This document shows positions 12,228 through 24,363 of a stretch of DNA of 64,000 nt, in pieces. Below the pieces are notes generated by a model, which saw only the letters and a list, made by a program, of their open reading frames with translations, did no database searches and was not told the origin of the DNA. A program made the position numbers and the translations under genes. Origin of the DNA: Eledone cirrhosa (Eukaryota); assembly GCA_964016885.1 (NCBI GenBank), contig OZ024745.1, positions 104,532,001 through 104,596,000 on the forward strand. The letters run 5' to 3'. Position 1 is the first letter of the stretch. Each line of letters begins with the position of its first letter.

Positions 12228-15200
12228 ATCATCATCATTTTACGTCTGCTTTTCCCTGCTTGCAAGGGTGGGATGGGTCTTATTCAGCACAGCATCTCTC
12301 CACTCGTCACGGTCCTTCGTCATCTCCATCGTGAGCTTCAATGATCTGAGGTCTGTTCTCACCACCTCCGCCCATGTTTTTCGTGGTCTACCTCTACCAC
12401 GTCTTCCTTCAACTGGCATTTCTTGGCACTTCTTCACCCATCGGTCATCCTCCATGCGCATCACATGTCCATACCACCTCAGTCTCCACTCCCGTACACT
12501 ACATTCTATCCCTCTCAGACTCAGTTTCTCTCTCAACACATTTATGCTGGGTCGTTCACCCACATTTACATTGCACATCCAATGGAGCATGCTTGCCTCA
12601 TTTCTCTCCAACCGTCGCATATCCTCTGCTGTTGCTGCCCATGTCTCACTACCATGCAGCATCGCGCTCCTCACACAGGCATCATACAACCGGCCTTTCG
12701 TACGCAGGGAGAAACCCGTCTTCGTCAACAGAGGAAGCAGCTCCCTAAACTTCTTCCAACCCGTCCTTATTCTAGATACTATGGCCTCGGAACACCCTCC
12801 TCCTATGTTAATCTGATCTCCTAGGTACCGGAAGCTATCCACCACTTCTATAGCGCCCTCCTGCATTTGAAAAATGTGTCTATCAATGCGACTTCTACTG
12901 TCTAATTTCCCTGTACATCTACTGCATACATATTTCTCCCTACCTGTTAGTTTGCCTGCTATCCCGCTACATCTCTTGTGTACCCAGGATCTGCATTGTG
13001 TGCATTTTATAGAATTTATGCCAGTTCCTTTTCTGCATATCGAACATGGCCATTTCCCTGACGGAATCAGAGTTTTGTCCTCTTTTCTACTCATCAACAC
13101 TTTTGTCTTAGCTAGGTTCACTCTCAGTCCTCTTGCTTCCAACTGCTGTTTCCATAGCCAGAATTTATTCTCTAGCTCCTCTACTGATTCTGCTATAAGA
13201 ACCAGATCGTCAGCATAGGGAAGTTCCCATGGACAGCCAGTCTTAAACTCCTCTGTTATGGCTTGGAGGACTATAATGAACAAGAGCGGGCTGAGGACCG
13301 AACCTTGATGTACTCCTACTTGTATCTGGAATTCCTCACTAAACTCCATTCCTACCCTGACTTTACTGAGAGTACCTCTGTACAAAGTTTGCACTGTCCT
13401 CACAAGCCATTCCTCAACACCTAGCTTCCTTAGGGACCACCAGATGACAGATCGGGGTACCCTATCAAAGGCCTTCTCTAGGTCAACAAAGGCTAAGTAT
13501 AGTGGCTTATTTTTCTCTAAGAACCTCTCTTGCAATTGTCTCACCAAGAAGAGGGCATCTGTTATACTCTTCCCAGGCACAAAAGCAAACTGCATCTCAT
13601 CTAGTTTGACCCTTTCTCTAATTAGTTGTGCTAATATCCTTTCTGCCACTTTCATAACCTGATCTATCAGTTTTATACCCCTATAATTGCTCCTCTCCAG
13701 AGCATCCCCTTTAGCTTTGTAGCAATTTATGAGAATACTGCTGCACCAGTCTTTGGGTATGACACCGCCATATATAGCCTGATTGATGATGCCTACGTCC
13801 CCTGATGCCTTCAGCATCTCAGCAATTATTCCCGATGGTCCAGCAGCCTTACCATTTTTCATTTCCCTAATTGCCTCTTGGACCCTATATTCGTCAATCT
13901 CAATAGCTGGTCCCTCTGTCGGATCTACTAAGGGTAATTTCTCTCTCTCCCATTCGTTCTCCACATTCATCACTCTCTCATAATGACATTTCTAGGCCTC
14001 CTTTTTCTGATCATTCGTGACACTAAGTACACCAGCATCATCCCGGACACATTTATCTCCAACAACATCCTGATTTGCATTGTCACACTGCCTTGCAATG
14101 TGGAACACCGCACGCCTCTGATCTTCCCGTCGCAGAACATTGGCAAACCTCCTACTCTCCGCCTCCCTGCGTGCTGACTACACCTGACGTCTAGCTTCTC
14201 TCTTAGAGATTGTGTATTCTTGCCTACTCCCACCCTTTTTTCCAAGCCTTCCATGCTAGTCTTTTGTCTCTAATGGCCTTATCTACTGTGCTGTTCTACC
14301 ACCAGGTCACTCTCTGTCTGGTTGGAGCTCTGCTCCAGCCACAAGTTTCATCAGTAGCCTGCAGCAAGTTGTCACGTAAGAAATTCCAGTTATTATCTAT
14401 GTCATACGTCTCTAAATCGTCTTCTTTTTCGTCATATACATCTTGAAGGGCTTTTCTAAATTTGTATTTTAGTGAAAGGTCTTTTAGCTACCAGACCTTT
14501 CTTCTCCACACCTTCCTATATGTCTCATTCCATCTCTTGCTTACTGAGATATCACTAACGACTAACCTATGCTGTGGGGTACATTCTTCCCCAGGGTATG
14601 CCTTGATATTAGACACTATCTGCCTGTCCCACTGCCTAACTAGTAAGAAGTCAATCTGGCTTATGTGCTCACCAGATTTGTAGGTTATTAGGTGATTGGC
14701 AGGTTTCTGGAAGTTTGTGTTGCAAATAGTCAATGTACCTGCATCACAAAATTCAAGAAGTCTCACTCCTTCTTCATTTCTTGAGCCGTAACCGTGCCCA
14801 CCATGTACCCCAGTGTAACCATCCTGGAGCTGTCCAACATGACCAATGCAGTCTCCTGCTAGCATAACGATGTCTCCGTCCTCTGTCATTGCGGTTGTTT
14901 GTAAAAGTTGCTCGTAAAAGCAGTCTTTCTCATCTTTGCCTAGGCCTGCTTGGGGAGCATAGGCCGAGATGATTGTCAGTAGTCTCCTGCCTACAACTAA
15001 TCTAAGCTTAATTATTCGATAACTAACTCAAACTACCTCTATTGTCTTATTGATCCATTTCTCAGCCAGGAAAATGGCTACTCCCCCTAACCCATCATAC
15101 TTACCTACCCAGAATAGCTTATAGCTAAGACGTTTGCCTACGACTAGTCTCGCAGAGGCACCTCTCCATCTCACTTCTTGCACGCAGCACACTTCCACCT

Positions 15201-15373
15201 GCCTTCTCTCCAGCATCTCCGCTATTTCAGCAGATCTACCTCTGAGAGTGCCAACATTAAGTGTTGCAACTCTGAGATGCGACGTCTTCATATTTTGTTG
15301 TTGTTCCTATTTGTTGCTGTGCTGATAAGCATTTTGGCATTGATACACTGGTTGGATGCCCTTCCTAACACCA
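12228..15373 (-). mobile_element. Near full-length RTE-clade LINE, recently inactivated
   Basis: APE start MKTSHLRVATLNVGTL at 15291, then ISAYAPQ, AGDCIGHVG, SQIDFLL and QHRLVV, followed by RT and a (GAT)n tail at 12228. In-frame stops near 15028, 14488 and 13995 plus a frameshift near 14240. 5' motif TGGTGTTAGGAAGGGCATCC. Confidence 0.93.
12240..13973 (-). pseudogene. RTE reverse transcriptase portion of disrupted ORF
   Basis: NYRGIKLI, FVDLEKAFDRVPR, GVHQGSVLSPLLF, YADD, FRYLG, MLHGSETW, RLRWYGHVMRM, RGRGRPRKTW. Confidence 0.92.
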
Positions 15374-15390
15374 TATATATATATATATAT

Positions 15391-15998
15391 GGTGGCTGCC
15401 AACTCGTTTTCGAGTACGGCCACTACTTTATATCCATATAGGAGAACCCCTACCGATGCGCTGAACGAATGTGACTTTTTAGTCCAGCCAGCGACTTGAA
15501 AACTCTGGCACAAAGACTACACTTGTGACCATTATTGACACATAGTGCAGGGGCCATGGTACCATGTGATGACAAGTGCAGAGAGATCTCCAGATATAAA
15601 GCAATGCCTGTGCTGTGAAGCTTTTATAGTGAGCAAAGGCACTGCACAAAGCCAGTCCCACTCTCTTAACCAAGATGATATTTACCAAAAAGAAGAACAA
15701 GTCAACATCATTGGATACCGTCAGGGTTGCAGGTGTTATATCAGAGTTTTCCTTCTCCTAGAATTCTGCCTTGACAAAGGCTAAGGGGTCATCTCTCCCG
15801 GTGATTTTGGATGGCTATTGACTCTTAAGAGCTCCCTTGCCCTTTGACAGGTTTTGTTTTTAGTCCTGCAGGATGTCCAAAGTCACCCTCCTCACCAAGA
15901 GACCTTGGTGGGGTTGCCAGTTTAGTCGCCAACGACCCGACCATGAGACAGGTTGTACTGGGATACATGTTACCAGTAGCACCAAGTGGTGACCTGAC
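15391..15998 (-). mobile_element. Internally deleted non-autonomous RTE-type element, copy 1
   Basis: Direct repeat of 16587-17192. The reverse strand has an RTE-like 5'-UTR motif (CTAGGAGAAGGAAAACTCTGA), an ORF end CSLCARVFKSLAGLKSHIRSAHR* (C2H2), a 3' hairpin and a (TA)n tail. Confidence 0.75.
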
Positions 15999-16479
15999 AT
16001 ATATATACATACATATATATATACATACATACACATATACATACATACACACACATATACATACACACACAAACATATACATACACACATATATATATAC
16101 ATATATGCATGTCCACGCATGCATGCATGTACGCACGTATGCATACATATATGCATGTACGCACACATACACATACATACATATATACACATACATACAT
16201 ATACATACATATACATACATACACACCTACACATACATACATACACATACACATACATACACATATACATATATACACACACATACATACATACACACAT
16301 ACACACACACACACATACATACACACACACACACATATATATATATATACATACATATACATACATACACACATATACATACATACATACATACATACAT
16401 ATACACATACATATACATACATATATACATATACATACATACACATACATACACATATACACATATATACATATATACA

Positions 16480-16511
<32 letters not shown>

Positions 16512-16586
16512 CACATATACACACACATATACATACATACATATATATATACATACATACATACATATACACATACATATATATAT
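15999..16586. repeat. Compound (TACA)/(CA)/(TA) microsatellite
   Basis: Directly visible. Confidence 0.97.
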
Positions 16587-17192
16587 GGTGGCTGCCAACT
16601 CGTTTTCGAGTACGGCCACTACTTTATATCCATGTAGGAGAACCCCTACCGATGCGCTGAACGAGTGTGACTTTTTAGTCCAGCCAGCGACTTGAAAACT
16701 CTGGCACAAACACCCCACTGGTGACCATTATTGACATATAGTGCTGGGCCCATGGTACATGTGATGACAAGTGCAGAGAGATCTCCAGATATAAAGCAAT
16801 GCCTGTGCCGTGAAGCTTTTATAGTGAGCAAAGGCACTGCACAAAACCAGTCCCACTCTCTTAATCAAGATGATATTTACCAAAAAGAAGAACAAGTCAA
16901 CATCATTGGATACCATCAGGGTTGCAGGTGTTATATCAGAGTTTTCCTTCCCCTAGAATTCTGCCTTGACAAAGGCTAAGGGGTCATCTCTCCTGGTGAT
17001 TTTGGATGGCTATTGACTCTTAAGAGCTCCTTTGCCCTTTGACAGGTTTTGTTTTTAGTCCTGCAGGATGTCAAAGTCACCCTCCTCACCAAGAAACCTT
17101 GGTGGGGTTGAAAGTTTAGTCGCCAACGACCCGACCATGAGGCAGGTTGTACTGGGATAGATGTTACCAGTAGCACCAACTGGTGACCTGAC
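16587..17192 (-). mobile_element. Internally deleted non-autonomous RTE-type element, copy 2
   Basis: Same ends as copy 1. ORF 16646-16837 ends VCARVFKSLAGLKSHTRSAHR. Confidence 0.75.
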
Positions 17193-17259
17193 ATATTTAT
17201 ATATGTATATATATATACATATATATATACATATATATATATATACATATATATATACA

Positions 17260-19178
17260 TATAGAAAAGATGAATATAAAATGAAAGTGCTTTTATAAAG
17301 GAATTTATTAGGTATTGACATATGTTTCTGTAACAGACGGAATACCTATGTATCGCTGCTTGCGTAATCATATAATGTTAGCAAGTATTCAATAGCAAAT
17401 GTATAATCAGTTGTCACTGCTTCAGAGATATTGGATACATTGGAAAAAATCAGAAAAATTGAAGTATTTATATTAGTTGTAAGAAAGGAAGAGGAAAGGG
17501 GATAGTATATGACAGATGGCAATTCAATTTAGTGGTAAACAAGTATCTAAAAGGTTTCTAATGAGAATACAATGAGTATATGGTTTATTTTATCTAAATA
17601 AGAATTTTTGGGAGTGCCTATTTTAATCTATACTTGACCAATGGACAGGGCTGGTCGTTTGGTGTAGTAGTATTAATAGATATAAAGTGTCAATTAAGGA
17701 AGAGGGAGATTTTCACTGCTACTGAATAACAACAATGCTGGTAGCCTGCTGGTATATGCATTAGGGAATTGAATTAAGAAATCTCATTTTATCTATAGCA
17801 GTTTATATTAAATGGTAAAGAATAGAAGAGTTGATAGAATTAAGACTAATAGAGAATGTTAATATGTATTTTGACAATCAAACGGAGATGGAGACAGGCG
17901 TTCAATCCTGGTAGTGTTTGTAATATGAAAATGTAGATTTCAAGGAACTAGGATTAAATATTACATTTGAATATAACCTCAAAGAGGTTAATTTCCTTGA
18001 TGTTACTTTGAATCTCAATACAGAAACGATTAAACCGTTCCATAAACTAAATGAGAACCTTAAATATGTAAATACGGGTTCTAACCATCCACCCTCTATA
18101 ATTAAATCCATCCCTAGAAATATTTCCCTTAGAATCTCCCGCCTGTCGTCCAACCAGCAAACCTTCAAAGAACATGCCGAATATTATGATGATGCACTTA
18201 GGAAGGCTGGACACCTAGATAATATAGAGTATATAGTCGACGATCACCAAAACACCCAAAATAAATCTCATAGAGGTAGAAATAGCATAGAATCACCACC
18301 ATACATACACTACCGCAATAGACACACTAATAGTCGCACACCACCAAACAGAAGGTGATGTAAAGAGTATATATGGTACAACCCGGTCTATAACAACTCT
18401 ATTAAAACCAATCTACCCTCACAATTCTTTCGATTAGTTAAAAAACACTTTCCAACATCACAAATATAATAAAATCTTAAACCCTAACACTATTCGACTT
18501 TCATATTCAACCGCCCCTAATATTGAACAACATATAAAAAAGCTTAACGCAAAACGGTTGTATAAATGCCTTCCAACACATAACAATACACGTAAAACAT
18601 CGGCTATAACAGCACAAAACAACAAACAACATCCCGTCCTACCTAAGCAACCTCATCAACCCATCCATGCCAATACAACAACACAAAATTATAACTGTAA
18701 CTGTGTCCAACCAGGAATGTGTCCGTTGAACAATCAGTGTCTTGAACGCAACATCATCTACAAATGTACTATCGAATCGGATAGCCAGAAGTGGTACTAT
18801 GTGGGGTCTACAGCTACCTCCTTCAAATCTCGCCTTTATAGACATCGTTACTCAATAAAACATGAAAACCAGCGTTATGTAACAACACTCGCAGACAAGG
18901 CCTGGCAGCTGCGCGAAAATAACCAATAATTTAACCTAAAATGGGATATAATAGCGCTTGGCCCCTGCATAAATCCACGGACAGGAATTTTGTAAACTGT
19001 GTAATATGGAATTATTTTGTATTATGAAATCAAAAAATATTTTATTAAATAACAGAATAGAGCGATCGTTATACTGTAACCATCGCTTGAAATCTACATT
19101 TTCATATTACAAACACAACCAGGATTGAACGCCTGTCTCCATCTCCGTTTGATAAGCGTCCGCTAAACTGATGCGTAC
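17260..19178 (+). mobile_element. Penelope-like element (Neptune-type), 5'-truncated, with inverted 3' segment at its 5' side
   Basis: VNFLDVTLNL, YVNTGSNHPPSIIKSIP (RT thumb), WYNP, CNC..CPL..C linker, IIYKC...YYVGST..FKSRLYRH (GIY-YIG) and CKLC. 17877-17945 is the reverse complement of 19085-19153. Confidence 0.88.
17946..19110 (+). pseudogene. PLE RT C-terminus plus GIY-YIG endonuclease, disrupted
   Basis: ORFs 18008-18358 and 18558-18929 are separated by stops and frameshifts. Confidence 0.85.
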
Positions 19179-19197
19179 ATATATGTATGTGTACCTG

Positions 19198-19255
<58 letters not shown>

Positions 19256-19369
19256 TGCTACTGTACGTCTGTATACATATATGTATGTACGTATACATAC
19301 ATACTTACATTTAAGTAAGTGCCGTACTAAGAGTGAGAAATGAAATTTCGTTTTCATTCTATTACAACT

Positions 19370-19924
19370 CATATATACATATACATATACATATACATAC
19401 ATATATATATACATATACATACATATATATATACATATACATACATATATATATACATACATATATATATACATACATATATATATACATACATATATAT
19501 ATACATACATATATATATACATACATATATATATACATACATATATATATACATACATATATATATACATACATATATATATACATATATATATACATAC
19601 ATATATATATACATACATATATATATACATACATATATATATACATACATATATATATACATACATACATATATACATATACATACATATATACATACAT
19701 ACATATATACATATACATACATATATATATACATATATATATACATACATATATATATACATATACATACATATACATACATATATATATACATACATAT
19801 ATATATACATATACATATATATATACATATACATATATATACATATATATATACATATACATACATATACATATACATACATATATATATACATATACAT
19901 ATGCATATATATACATATATATAC

Positions 19925-20023
<99 letters not shown>

Positions 20024-20024
20024 C
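19370..20024. repeat. Compound (TA)n/(TACA)n microsatellite
   Basis: Directly visible. Confidence 0.98.
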
Positions 20025-20944
20025 AGGGTAAATGCAAGAATCATTAAACTCAGACTAGTCCTGAATAAAACAATTACCACAATAATATCAGCTTACGCAC
20101 CCCAATCGGGTTGCCAGACGAACTTAAGGATAGATTTTACGAGTCCCTAATGCACACTACTGCTCTAACAAACGACTATGACTTCCTAATCATCGCAGGA
20201 GATTTTAACGGACACGTAGGTAAACATTTCGAGGGCTTCAATAGAGTCCATGGAGGCCATGGGGTTGGCACAAGAAATGAAGAAGGATTCAGACTTCTAG
20301 AATTCTGTGACGTCAATGACATATTGATAAGTAACACAAACTTCAAAAAAGCCGACAACCACCTGATCACCTATAGATCAGGGGAGCGTTCTAGTCAGAT
20401 AGATTTTATCCTCATCAGAGGACGTGATAGATGGACGGTCGTAAACACAAAAGCCTTCCCTAGTGAGGAATGTACCTCCCAACATAGCTTAGTTGTCAGC
20501 GACCTCACGGTCAGAACTAGACGAACCTGGAAAAGAAAGATCTGGAAGCTTAAAGACCCCTCAGCCAGTAACAGATTTAAAGATATTTTACTCAACGCCT
20601 ACGATAGTAGAGAAGAACAGATAAAGACATTCAATGTAGAAGAGCACTGGGAGTTCCTAAAAAATAACTTACTAGAAGCGACGGTGGAGGTCTGTGGCTG
20701 GATTAAGACCACAAGCAGGAGGAGAGTGACTTGGTGGTGGAACAATAAGGTAGATGAGGCAGTTAAGGCCAAGAGACAGGCATGGAAAGAATGGAAGAAC
20801 GGGGGGAGCAGGGTACATTACATAGAGACCAAGAGGGAAGCTAGGCGACAAGTATACTTAGCTAGGAGGGAAGCAGAGGATAGAAAATTCAAGCATGTTT
20901 TGCAACGTGAGGACCAGAAACAGGAGGTGTTCAAGATTGCGAGC
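20025..20944 (+). mobile_element. Internal RTE fragment (C-terminal half of AP endonuclease plus linker), both ends lost
   Basis: [39 protein letters not shown]. Homologous to but distinct from 14100-15020. Confidence 0.88.
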
Positions 20945-21544
20945 TATATGCCTCCATACATACATATATATATATACATATATATATATACACATACATA
21001 TATATATATATACACATACATATATACACATACATATATATATATACACATACATATATATATATATACACATACATATATATATATATATATATACACA
21101 TACATATATATATATATATACACATACATATATATATATACACATACATATATATATATATACACATACATATATATATATACACATACATATATATATA
21201 TACACATTCCACACCACATACAGACCATCTCTATACCTGTCACGGATGGCTGAAACAGGTAAAAGAAAGTAAAAGAATACATATATATATATATATACAC
21301 ATACAGAGATAGAGAGGGGTGGGAAGGTGGAAGGCGAAAGAGAAACACACAGGAGTGAATAAGAGAAAGGGGTCATAGAAAATCAGTTTTACATAGAAAC
21401 AGATAGAGAGAAAAAGACAGACAAAAAAGAAAAAAAAATTTCAATGAACTGATTCAGATTTGAGTCAATAGATTGAATTACTTTAAAGACAAGTTTTATG
21501 CATAGTTAAACATACCAAAAAATATATCCAAACATATATAAAAT

Positions 21545-22195
21545 AATTTGTTTCTACTTTTGGCACAAGGCCAGCAAATTCCTCAGTGCATTACTGGTAC
21601 TTTATTTTATCGACCCTGTAAGGATGAAAGGCAAAGTCTAACCTCGGCGGGATTTGAACTCAGATCGTAAAGGGACGTAACTCTATGCTGGAAAGCATGG
21701 CGTCCGACTCTCTACCGATACTGCCAATCCACAAAATAATGCATGGTACTACTACTACTACTACTACTAATAATAATAATAATAATTGTTTCTACTTTTG
21801 GCACAAGGCCAAATTACCCAGTGCATTACTGGTACTTTATTTTATCGACCCTGTAAGGATGAAAGGCAAAGTCTAACCTCGGCGGGATTTGAACTCAGAT
21901 CGTAAAGGGACGTAACTCTATGCTGGAAAGCATGGCGTCCGACTCTCTACCGATACTGCCAATCCACAAAATAATGCATGGTACTACTACTACTACTACT
22001 ACTACTAATAATAATAATAATAATAATTGTTTCTACTTTTGGCACAAGGCCAGCAAATACTCAGTGTATTACTGGTACTTTATTTTATCGACCCCGTAAG
22101 GACGAAAGCCAACATTAACCTCGGCGGAGTTTGAACTCAGACCGTAAAGGGACGTAACTATGCTGGAAAAAATGGCGTCCAACCCTCTACCGAAG
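21545..22195 (-). mobile_element. Three tandem SINE copies (21545-21730, 21783-21963, 22024-22195)
   Basis: Same SINE family as 3082. Copies 1 and 2 are followed by the same CCACAAAATAATGCATGG(TAC)n(AAT)n spacer. Confidence 0.9.
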
Positions 22196-22199
22196 ATTC

Positions 22200-22605
22200 C
22201 GAGTGCGGCAGGGCCGATGGCTGGAGCGGTGGACCGGTGGTGTAAAATCCTGGTATAGTAGTGAGGAAGTGGAGAGTTGTGGGGGTGCACGTGCAACAGG
22301 AAGGGGTCAGAGGGTCAAGGCAGGGTGAAGGAGGTGAGAGGAAGGAGATAGCAGTAGGAAGGTGACAGCAGGCAGAGTAGTGACAGTTATAGAGATAGTC
22401 TGTATGTGGTGTGGAGTGTGTGTGTGTGTGTGGTGCAGTGGACAGGGGAGGGGTATGTGAGAAAAGTTGAGGGAGAGGGTGGGTTGGGGGTGGGTGGTGG
22501 GGGTATATTAGTGGAGGTGTTAGCGGGATGTGTGTGTGGGAGGGGTGTTGGTAGCGCAGGGAGCGAGAGAGGTGCTGGGGACAGTCAGAGGGAGTGTAAT
22601 GTACT

Positions 22606-22646
<41 letters not shown>

Positions 22647-22880
22647 TAGAGTGGCTGTTAGTATGGCTGGTGGTGGGGGGAGGGGTTGAATGCGGGTGTG
22701 TGAGTGGGGGTTAGTGGTGGTAGTGTGGGTGGTGTATCGGTGTGTACGTGGGTGTGGGTGAGTGTATGTGTGGTGGGGTGAGTGTATGTGTGATAGGGTG
22801 TGTTCGTGTGTGTGTGGTGAGGAGGAAGGTGGGTTGGGGCATGTTTAGTATTATTAGTGGTGGGGTGGTCAGATGTGGAT
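22200..22880. repeat. G/T-rich low-complexity tract with (GT)n
   Basis: Strong G+T strand bias with many GGG runs. A similar tract lies at 790-970. Confidence 0.7.
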
Positions 22881-23054
22881 GTTTTAACATAACAAGTTAT
22901 ACATACATTGAAATAAATATGTTTTCTATATATGAATTATTCTTGAATAAAGTTCTTTGTTTGTGGTAAAAATATGGTGTGACTATTGTACATTTCATTT
23001 ATGTATACATGCATGCTTGTGTATATCTTTTACTAATATATATATATATATATA

Positions 23055-24359
23055 CGAGGGGGGATCAAAAAGTTCGCGGAATTTTATCGTAGCAAGAAAA
23101 AAATCAGGTTAAAACAATATTAAACATGTCAGAACATTGTCACTGGGTGTTTACCTTGCTATTAGTCACTTGTAGTCAGTTATGCGTGGACTATTGTACA
23201 GTACTGACACTCTTTAAAAAAGCTCTTTTTGGAACAATGGAAAATAGTTATTTTGAGATAAGATCAAATATCAAGTTTCTGGTGAAACTCAAATGGAAAG
23301 GGACACAGATATTGGAGGCTTTAGTTAAAGTTTACGGTACTACTGCTCCAAAGAAAACTGCTGTCTACAAGTGGATTCAGCGATTCAAACAAGGGAAAGA
23401 CAACCTTGAAGATGACCATTGCAGTGGAAGACCAGGAACATCAAAAAATGACCAAAATGTTGAGGCTGCTCAGACTTTAATTGAAGAAGATCGAAGAATA
23501 ACAGTTAATCAGTTAGCTAAGTCCCTAGACATTTCATATGGTTCGGCAAATTCAATTCTGCACGATAATTTGGGACTAAGCAAGCTTTCAGCGCGATGGG
23601 TCCCAAAATCGTTGCGCCCTGATCAGCTAATTCTTCGAAGTGATCTGTCTTTGGCGATATTAAACAAAATTGAAGTTGATGAAGAGCATTTCCTGACCAG
23701 AATCATCACCGGAGATGAAACCTGGATCTACCAGTATGATCCTGAATCCAAACAGCAATCAAAACAGTGGCTTCCACGTGGATCATCGGGGTCAATCAAG
23801 TTCAAATCTCAAAAGTTGGATCAAAAAGTGATGGCCACCATTTTCTGGGATTCAGATGGGGTGATACTAATAGATTATCTTGAAGGTCAAAGAACTGTGA
23901 CAGGAGCTTACTATGCAAATGTTTTAAGGAAGCTGAAAGAGGCATTAGTCAAGAAACGAAAAGGGAAACTTCATGGTGGGATCTTGTTTCACCATGACAA
24001 TGCACCAGCGCATTCTGCGCGGGTTGCAAAAGAAGTTCTTCGAGAATTTCGATGGGAAGTGCTTCCTCATCCGCCTTATAGTCCAGATTTAGCCCCATCA
24101 GACTTTTTCCTCTTTCAAAAAAAACTCAAAGAAATGCTAAAAGGAACCCGTTTTAGTGGTGTTGAAGAAGCTAAAAACACTGCCAACACATGGCTCCGAA
24201 CAAGGCCTTCAACTTTCTTTAGAGATGGCTTACGAAGCTGGAAGCATTGCCTTGTGAAGTGTATTGAACTATGTAGAAAAATAAATTGAAGGTAAATCAT
24301 ATTTTTTGAAAAATAGATTATTTTCTGAAAAATTCCGCGAACTTTTTGATCCCCCCTCG
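23055..24359 (+). mobile_element. Full-length mariner DNA transposon
   Basis: Perfect 31-bp TIRs CGAGGGGGGATCAAAAAGTTCGCGGAATTTT, flanked by TA within (TA)n. Length ~1.3 kb. Confidence 0.97.
23237..24289 (+). CDS. Mariner DD34D transposase (probable start MENSYFEIR)
   Basis: WVPKSL, TGDETW, HHDNAPAH, YSPDLAPSD with 34 residues between the 2nd and 3rd Asp. The C-terminus appears frameshifted (YVEK* lies in another frame). Confidence 0.93.
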   Translation: MENSYFEIRSNIKFLVKLKWKGTQILEALVKVYGTTAPKKTAVYKWIQRFKQGKDNLEDDHCSGRPGTSKNDQNVEAAQTLIEEDRRITVNQLAKSLDISYGSANSILHDNLGLSKLSARWVPKSLRPDQLILRSDLSLAILNKIEVDEEHFLTRIITGDETWIYQYDPESKQQSKQWLPRGSSGSIKFKSQKLDQKVMATIFWDSDGVILIDYLEGQRTVTGAYYANVLRKLKEALVKKRKGKLHGGILFHHDNAPAHSARVAKEVLREFRWEVLPHPPYSPDLAPSDFFLFQKKLKEMLKGTRFSGVEEAKNTANTWLRTRPSTFFRDGLRSWKHCLVKCIELCRKIN

Positions 24360-24363
24360 TATA

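Noticed and set aside
15390-17192. Direct repeats with TG...CA ends read as a pair of LTRs
   Set aside because: There is no PBS, PPT or internal domain, and the minus strand shows a LINE-type ORF end and tail. The TG/CA overlaps the flanking microsatellite.
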